Part shown: positions 9,900 to 16,140 of the stretch, in pieces
Position numbering within the stretch: position 1 is the stretch's first letter
How the letters are laid out: each line of letters starts with the position of its first letter
NCBI GenBank assembly: GCA_963675525.2
Contig: CAXXSL010000020.1
Coordinates: 135,974 to 199,973, forward strand
Source: Anaerohalosphaeraceae bacterium
GTDB lineage: Bacteria; Planctomycetota; Phycisphaerae; Sedimentisphaerales; Anaerohalosphaeraceae
DNA length: 64,000 nt
Direction of reading: 5' to 3'
Program-made: the position numbers and the translations under genes
The notes under the pieces: generated by a model
Database searches by the model: none
What the model was told of the DNA's origin: nothing
The model's input: the letters and a program-made list of their open reading frames with translations, nothing else

Positions 9900-12441
9900 A
9901 CGGATTGGGTTCACAGAATATGTCATTCCACATAATATTTCGCTCCCCATAACCGATCACATGTCTGTCACATGGATTTAGTCTTTGTTAACATGAAAAG
10001 CCTATAACAAGCAGTCCCAGGATATTATTCGAATCTTGATTTTCTAGGAATAGTAGCGGCATATTTTCAATCAATCGTATGGCAGACCCTCATTAGTTCG
10101 TCGCATAGGATAGCCACCTATATAAGATCGCATCTATTCATGGACCAGAAAGAATTTCTATCCAGCTTTGTCTCCACAATACCCAATTGGCCTTGTTTTT
10201 GCTATTTTCTCCTCATAGGTATACCTTGAATAGATACTCAAATTTCCTTCTGTATTTTCATGAAGTGCTAAGACCATATATGCATTCTTCCATCAGGATC
10301 ACTTTCTCTTTATCTCAAGGAAGATTTGCGTCTTCCAGCAAACCTCTTTTAATTTAACAGTCTATTATCGCCTTGAATATTGTATATTCATAGACAACTT
10401 TAATAATGTATCAATAATTGCTTCTGATTTTACGCATCGATTAGGCTTATAAATACATCCCCGTCAAATTCTTTGATCACCAACATTAAATCCAGTTTTC
10501 TAAATAAGATAGCAATCTATTTCATCCGAGCGTAGATGATTGAAGTAACTTCAGATTGAAATCCCTGATCTTCGGGATAAATAGTGGATAGTTTGTGATT
10601 CAATCCGCGAAGATCACATTGCCGATTACAAGTGCACTAATAGAGGATCATGAAGCAGCAAGTTCTTCTATCTTACCGTTGACTATAAGAGACCTATCTT
10701 CAATAAACTCCTTGAAAATTGCTCCCATTATAGAACCAACTTCTTCGCATAAACTCCTGTTGGATATCCAAATCAATTAGCGAGCTGTCAATTTTGTCAT
10801 TGACCCCCATGCTCTTTGTTCATATACTCGTGTTCGAGATTTCTGGGCCACTGCAGACCTTTTATCTATCTATTCCTTGGAATGAACTCAAACAATAAGC
10901 TCATTGAATTGCTCCTTTCTGAAATTTTCAGGAGCCCCTCTTGGTACCCTCCTTGTAATCATTCCTGATTTCATTTCCACAAGAACTTGCAAATTTATTT
11001 AATAGACAATGGTAAATCATTATCAATATCTTATCTGTCCTCTATGCGTAAACCATTCGCTTCCAGGAGAATAGATTTTGAGAAGTATTCTATATAGATT
11101 CACCGTTTTTTTCTGCAAATCTTCGATTTAATTTTCAAACAAGATTATAAATTGCCTTTTCATTTGCTTCATCTTCAATAATTGTTCATTCTAATTTGCA
11201 GGATAAAATATGGTAATTCTATCTAGATGACCAAAAATAATCTTTTTGGCAATTTTCGAATTTCTAGCGAATGACAGATTTCTTAAAATCCATGCAAGCT
11301 CTTTAACAGCTTATTAGCTCTCCAAAACGGCTCTAAAAGACCATTTATCGAAAAGAATGCGTACTTTTTCAAGTGCTTATCTCTTTATCCTGCCAAATTT
11401 TATCAACAAGATCAGTTATATAAGGAAATGTATGCATATGTTTTCACTTGCTTGTAGATCAGACTTTCAAACTAGTCATTAGCTTAAGCTTTCTGGAATC
11501 GGTCTTCAGAGGGCATATCGCAGTAGATCTTCGAACTATCCCCAGATAGATGCCAATGTTTTCAGGATCAAACTTGCTTTGCTTTGCATAATATCTGACC
11601 AACCTTTCGGTAATCCTCCTAGTCAGATCCCTGACTTTCAAATATAGTGATATATTTAATCTTTCTTGATCTAGTTCCTAACAGAAGCTAATTTTGATAG
11701 TCAATTAACTTCCTACAATGTGACAATCCATCCGTTGGCAAGCTCAGTAATCTCATTTTTTTTTGCTAAGTCTTTCGTAATGCTTTTCATCTGATGGTAA
11801 TAGAGCCGAGAATTCTCTTACTGCTATTGTTCTGAAATGTAGTTTACTCGCGTGGTCATCTTTATAATCGAGCATGCTTTTCGATACTATCAATCTCAAA
11901 AAACTTGCCCAAGCTAGTCCTATTTCGATATGACCAAGAATGTAATTTCTTCATGTAAAGGTTTGACAGAGAGGCTTATCGTTCTTGTATAAATAAGACG
12001 TGAAAAGTCAATGGTTCTAAAGAAAATTCAGTAGAAGCTATCAATAGAGTTCCATTTAGCTTAAAATCAGATAATCCCTTTGGGACAAGTTAATAATATA
12101 TAGCAATGAAAGATAACAGTTATATCAGAAGAATATTCTAATGCATTTTTCTATCAACGGGAAGCTTTCCGTTCAACCGGCTGTTTATCCTTTTTAGGAA
12201 GATCAAGTGCTTAACACAATTTGCTATTCTTTGCTCCACACTCACTTGCTCATTACTGTCATAAAACAAGTCCGGCATTCGTGAATAAATCCATCCGTTT
12301 AACGTTGGCTGGATTTTGCCAGTATTCTTTCGATCTGTTTTAAAATATGTTCGTGGCGATTCATAGTTTTTTAAGGTACTCAAATGATATCATTTCTTTT
12401 ACTGGTCTTCTTTACTCCTTTTTTTGCTCATTATCAGTCAT
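9900..12441 (-). pseudogene. AT-rich, heavily frameshifted large CDS with a NERD/PD-(D/E)xK-like segment
   Basis: ATG at 12441. Protein-like pieces switch frame every few tens of bases. Joining frames around 11030-10870 gives approximately DIDNDL..IVY..LVEMKSGMIT..RGAPENF..QFNELIV. No long ORF survives; the 3' end is uncertain. Confidence 0.55.
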
Positions 12442-12450
12442 ATCCAGAGA

Positions 12451-12503
12451 AAATTAAAAGGGTCAGACACCTTTTTCTCCCCTTCTGCCATTTTCAATTA
12501 TCA
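12451..12503 (+). repeat. About 54-bp boundary repeat, copy 1 (palindrome + pyrimidine tail)
   Basis: AAATTAAAAGGGTCAGACACCTTTTTCTCCCCTTCTGCCATTTTCAATTATCA; near-identical to 12677-12730. Confidence 0.85.
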
Positions 12504-12676
12504 GATATTTCTCTATCGCTGTCATGAATATATTTAATGCCATATTTTTCTTCTGGCTTTAGCCCAAATTCCCAGTTCTTTGATACAAGCTTTTTAACTT
12601 CTGGGAATTCTTTCCAAGAAGATTTTAAACTATTTGTGGAAGAAGGTTATGAAATCCGTTGAAAAGAACCGTGGAT

Positions 12677-12870
12677 AAATTAAGGGGTCAGACCCTTTTT
12701 TGACATCCCTTCTGTCATTTTCAATTATCAAACCCAATGCGCATCAATATCGATTAACCTTAATAATTATAGCCGCGGCAAAAGCCGCTTCCTCAATTCA
12801 AAATACCAATCGACAATCGTCCATCGTCATTCGACAATTGCCAATTCCCTCTACCCTGTTTCGCGTGAAA
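12677..12870 (+). repeat. Boundary repeat copy 2 plus conserved leader (homologous to 61771-61959)
   Basis: AAGGGGTCAGACCCTT palindrome; 35-nt block 12769-12803 identical to 61861-61895; 24-nt block 12847-12870 identical to 61936-61959. Confidence 0.88.
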
Positions 12871-13010
12871 AACCGATGAAGCACCTCAAAGCTGCCCCAA
12901 ATTATACCGGACAATTACCCCCCATAACAGCAAAATTCCCAAAAAAAAACCAGCCATCTGGAAGAAATCCACAATTCATAATTTAAAATTAAAAATTCAT
13001 AATTAAAAGT

Positions 13011-13038
13011 TTGACATTCACATAACTTCTGCTAAAAT
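13011..13038 (+). promoter_or_regulatory. Sigma70-type promoter with extended -10
   Basis: TTGACA-16 nt-TAAAAT with TGn immediately before the -10; homologous to 62210-62237. Confidence 0.65.
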
Positions 13039-13151
13039 ATACTAAATTTAATACCATCCTCATAATGAGTGCAAAAAAGAAGGAAATTCCACCCCGCCCA
13101 CTTTTTGGAATTTAGAGTTTGGAAATTGGAACTTACGACGAAGGAGTCATT

Positions 13152-13956
13152 ATGTCTACGCAAGCACAAATCGAAGCAAACCGCAAAAACGCCCAAAAAT
13201 CCACCGGCCCCAAAACCCCGCAGGGAAAGCTCATCGCCTCAAAGAATTCAACCACCCACGTCTCACCGCCGATCATGTCATCATTGACAACGAGGACCGT
13301 GAAGAATTCAACAGCCTCAGCGCCAAAATGCTAATAGACCTCGCTCCGGCCGGCCCCCGTCGAACAGATGCTCGCCGAGCGCATCATCGCCCTCACATGG
13401 CGCATAAAACGCGCTGAATGGATGGAGTCCGGCGTACTCAACGTACTCAGCAACAAAGGCGATGTAGTGGCCCGTATCGACCAACAGCAGCAGCACCGAA
13501 TCCGCCCGTCGGAAATTCGTGATCTTTCCGACACCATGAATGCGGCTCTCCATACAAACCGGCCGAAAAAATTCAGCGCCGCCGTCAACAAACTCGCCGC
13601 CCTGCTGTCCCCCAACGTTGATGCACCCACGAATACCGTGCTGGGCTGTATTGCGATAGAAGATTTCAGAGAATCGAACATCCTCGAACGGCTCCTGCGC
13701 TATCAGGGCCAGATCGAACGCAGACTGTATAAAGCCATTCTCGAACTCCGCAAAATCCAGGCCGTTCCGCAAAAAAGACGAAGCGATCTCTCCCGACGCC
13801 GCACAAACACAAAAAAAACAAAACGAAGCCATTTTCAAACTTAACGAAATCGCTATGAATGAGTTTCTAAACAGCTCTAACGACACTAATGCCTATTGCC
13901 CATTGCCTATTGCCTGTAATTCGAACCCAATCGAACCCAAACCAAAGCCAATTTAA
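13152..13956 (+). pseudogene. Uncharacterised 'ANRxNAQKSTGPKT' family protein with three single-base frameshifts
   Basis: AAGGAG RBS; MSTQAQIEANRKNAQKSTGPKTPQGK...H[G]LTA...P.GPVEQMLAERI...WRIKRA...LERLLRYQGQIERRLYKAILEL...KKQNEAIF...NSNPIEPKPKPI*. Indels at about 13260, 13355 and 13765. Confidence 0.7.
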
Positions 13957-14225
13957 CCCCCAAGTACCCCCTACTCGCGCAAGCCAATTCCAGCCCAAAA
14001 TCGCCGATTTAGCGTTTGAAAAATAAAAAATCCCGCTTTTTGACCCCGCCAACCCCAAAAAAAACAAACCCAATTGAAGCCCCAAGTAGCACCTCGACGC
14101 AAATGCATTATACCGCACTCAAACCCCCCAACGGAGCCAACACCGCAGTTTTTAATAGCGCCACGCAAACCCAACCAAACCCAATAAATGTCATCCCGGA
14201 CCCCGATCCGGGACAAACCCAATAC
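13815..14225 (+). repeat. A/C-rich AAACCCAAT/GAACCCAAT repeat array (locus A)
   Basis: Motif clusters at 13815, 13921, 14060, 14165 and 14213; CCAATT..CCCCAAGTA.C.CCT repeats at 13948 and 14070; colinear homology with 62397-62893. Confidence 0.8.
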
Positions 14226-14319
14226 TTACCTCGCTTTTAAAAAAATTATTGAAACAGCCGGGATGGTGCTGCGTCTATCATTTTAAAGAGAGGATTAAAT
14301 TTCAGAAAAGGCGCGTTCC

Positions 14320-14544
14320 ATGACGGATTACAGATCAGAAAAAAGCGGCATTGCCTGCTTGTTATTCCTTCTGCTGCTGGGAAATTTCGGATTTCACCGG
14401 TTTTACGTCGGTAAGATCGGCACGGGGTTTCTTTTTTTGATCACCATCGGCGGTCTCGGACTCTGGTGGCTGATCGATCTGATCCTGCTGGTTAGCGGCG
14501 CCTTCACAGACATCGATGGTTACGCCGTAACGCTTTCGAATTAA
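14320..14544 (+). CDS. TM2 domain membrane protein
   Basis: LLLGNFGFHRFYVGKIGTG...TIGGLGLWWLIDLILL. Confidence 0.9.
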   Translation: MTDYRSEKSGIACLLFLLLLGNFGFHRFYVGKIGTGFLFLITIGGLGLWWLIDLILLVSGAFTDIDGYAVTLSN

Positions 14545-14617
14545 GAACTCGCTTCTGCTCTATCGGAAAGCGCTTATTATGTCGCCCCTTCGGGGCTCAA
14601 TACGAAAAGCAATCCCA

Positions 14618-14910
14618 TTTTCCGGGGGCTTACGCCGCCCGGCTAAGTGACTTGCGGCCCTTTCAGGGCCTGCGGAGGGAAGGAGGTGTGAAGCCCCATT
14701 TTCCGGGGGCTTACGCCGCCCGGCTAAGTGACTTGCGGCCCTTTCAGGGCCTGGGAAGTGAAGCAGGTGTGAAGCCCTCTTTTCCGGGGGCTTACGCCGC
14801 CCGGCTAAGTGACTTGCGGCCCTTTCAGGGCCTGGGAAGTGAAGGAGGTGTGAAGCCCTCTTTTCCGGGGGCTTACGCCGCCCGGCTAAGTGACTTGCGG
14901 CCCTTCGGGG
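14618..14910 (+). repeat. 81-bp tandem REP/BIME-like palindrome array (about 3.6 units)
   Basis: Units start at 14618, 14699, 14780 and 14861; each has a CCGGGGGCTTACGCCGCCCGG hairpin and a GGCCCTTTCAGGGCC hairpin; linkers are almost identical. Confidence 0.92.
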
Positions 14911-15215
14911 TTGAGGAGGCGCGACTATCTCCCCCGGGTTTCGGTCGCCCCGGATCGGTGTCCGGGGTGACATCCCTTGCTCCCTGCACCCGGGCTATTG
15001 TTATTCAAGCCCCATTCGACTTCGCTCAGGGCAGGCTCTTCGGGCTTATGAAAATTTTCTGTTTAAATCCGCGTGGGCACGGCCCACCCTACGACAAAAG
15101 TTTTTTTCGGCTTTATGGGAGCCTTTTTCGTCGATTGTTCGTCATATCAATTGATTTTTCATGCCCTTATGTCATATAATACAGGTTTATAGAATCGAAC
15201 CACGGCTAAGACATT

Positions 15216-16140
15216 ATGCAGACAGACAACCCTAATCCAGTTGGTATTATCTTTGACATAAAGAAATACGCCATTCACGATGGTCCGGGCATCCGCACCA
15301 CCGTGTTTTTTAAAGGGCTGCCCCATGCGCTGCGTATGGTGCCACAACCCTGAAAGCTGGTCCCGGCGGCCGGAACCGATGTTTCGCGTGAATCGCTGCC
15401 TTCAATGCGGCCAGTGTGTCCAACTTTGCCCGCAACATGCCGTTCAATTCGCAGGCAGCCTGCCTCAAACCAATGGGGACAAGTGCACCCGCTGCGGCAC
15501 CTGCATTCCAACCTGCCCCGGTCAGGCCCGGGAAATCGCCGGCCGGACCGTTACTGTCGAAGAAGTCATTACGGAAATCGCCAAAGACCGCGTTTTTTAT
15601 GAAGAGTCAGGCGGAGGCGTCACTTTTTCCGGCGGTGAACCCCTGATGCAGCCTGATTTTCTCCTTGACCTGTTGACTCACTGCAGGCAGCAAGGCATCC
15701 ATACGGCAATCGATACCTGTTGCTTTGCACCTTCGGCTGTTCTGGAAAAGGTCATCCCTGCTGCCGATCTTTTTCTGTGCGACGTCAAACATATCAATGC
15801 GGATAAACACAAGCAATATACCGGGGTTGAGAATCGGCTCATTCTTGAAAATCTCCGTCTTTTGACCGATGCGGATTGTCCGGTAATCGTTCGTATCCCG
15901 GTCGTACCCGGGTTTAACGATACCCCCGAGGAAATCACCGAGATTATCAGTTATTTAAAATCGCTGAATAATATTCACCAGATCGATCTTTTGCCGTATA
16001 ATAGCGGCGGTGTCTCAAAAGCCCAGAGACTGGGCAAGCCCGGTATGATCATTAAAGAGCAAAGGCCCAGCGAAACCGTTATGCGTACCCTGGCCGGATG
16101 TGTCAGAGAGTGCGGATTTAAAACAACAACAGGCGGATGA
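15216..16140 (+). CDS. Glycyl-radical enzyme activating protein (radical SAM with ferredoxin insert); one extra base near 15305-15318
   Basis: ATG 15216 [31 protein letters not shown] continues in the +1 frame as [15 protein letters not shown]; two CxxCxxCxxxCP motifs; [10 protein letters not shown]. Confidence 0.92.

Noticed and set aside
9900..12441. Alternative genetic code (stop-codon reassignment)
   Set aside because: All three stop types interrupt every frame, and the protein-like text changes frame, so read-through of one codon would not restore an ORF.
12447..12730. Integron attC sites
   Set aside because: No RYYYAAC...GTTRRRY boxes at cassette ends, the sites lie at the 5' ends of the cargo, and no intI is in the window.
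13317..14240. ORFs 13317-13886(-), 13867-14222(-), 14016-14240(+) and similarly 62430-62813
   Set aside because: They are antisense to the STGP gene or arise from the low-complexity array, and reading frames are not preserved between the two homologous arrays.
14618..14910. CRISPR array
   Set aside because: The constant part is about 54 bp with two hairpins, the linkers are near-identical to each other, and no cas genes are present. It fits a REP/BIME tandem.
14560..15179. ORFs 14560-14973(-) and 14652-15179(+)
   Set aside because: They are open only because the 81-bp unit is a multiple of 3 without stops; no RBS or protein-family features.
15380..15395. Third parS-like TGTTTCGCGTGAA
   Set aside because: It lies inside the activase CDS (MFRVN codons) and lacks the CCCTCTACCC half of the conserved 24-mer; probably chance.
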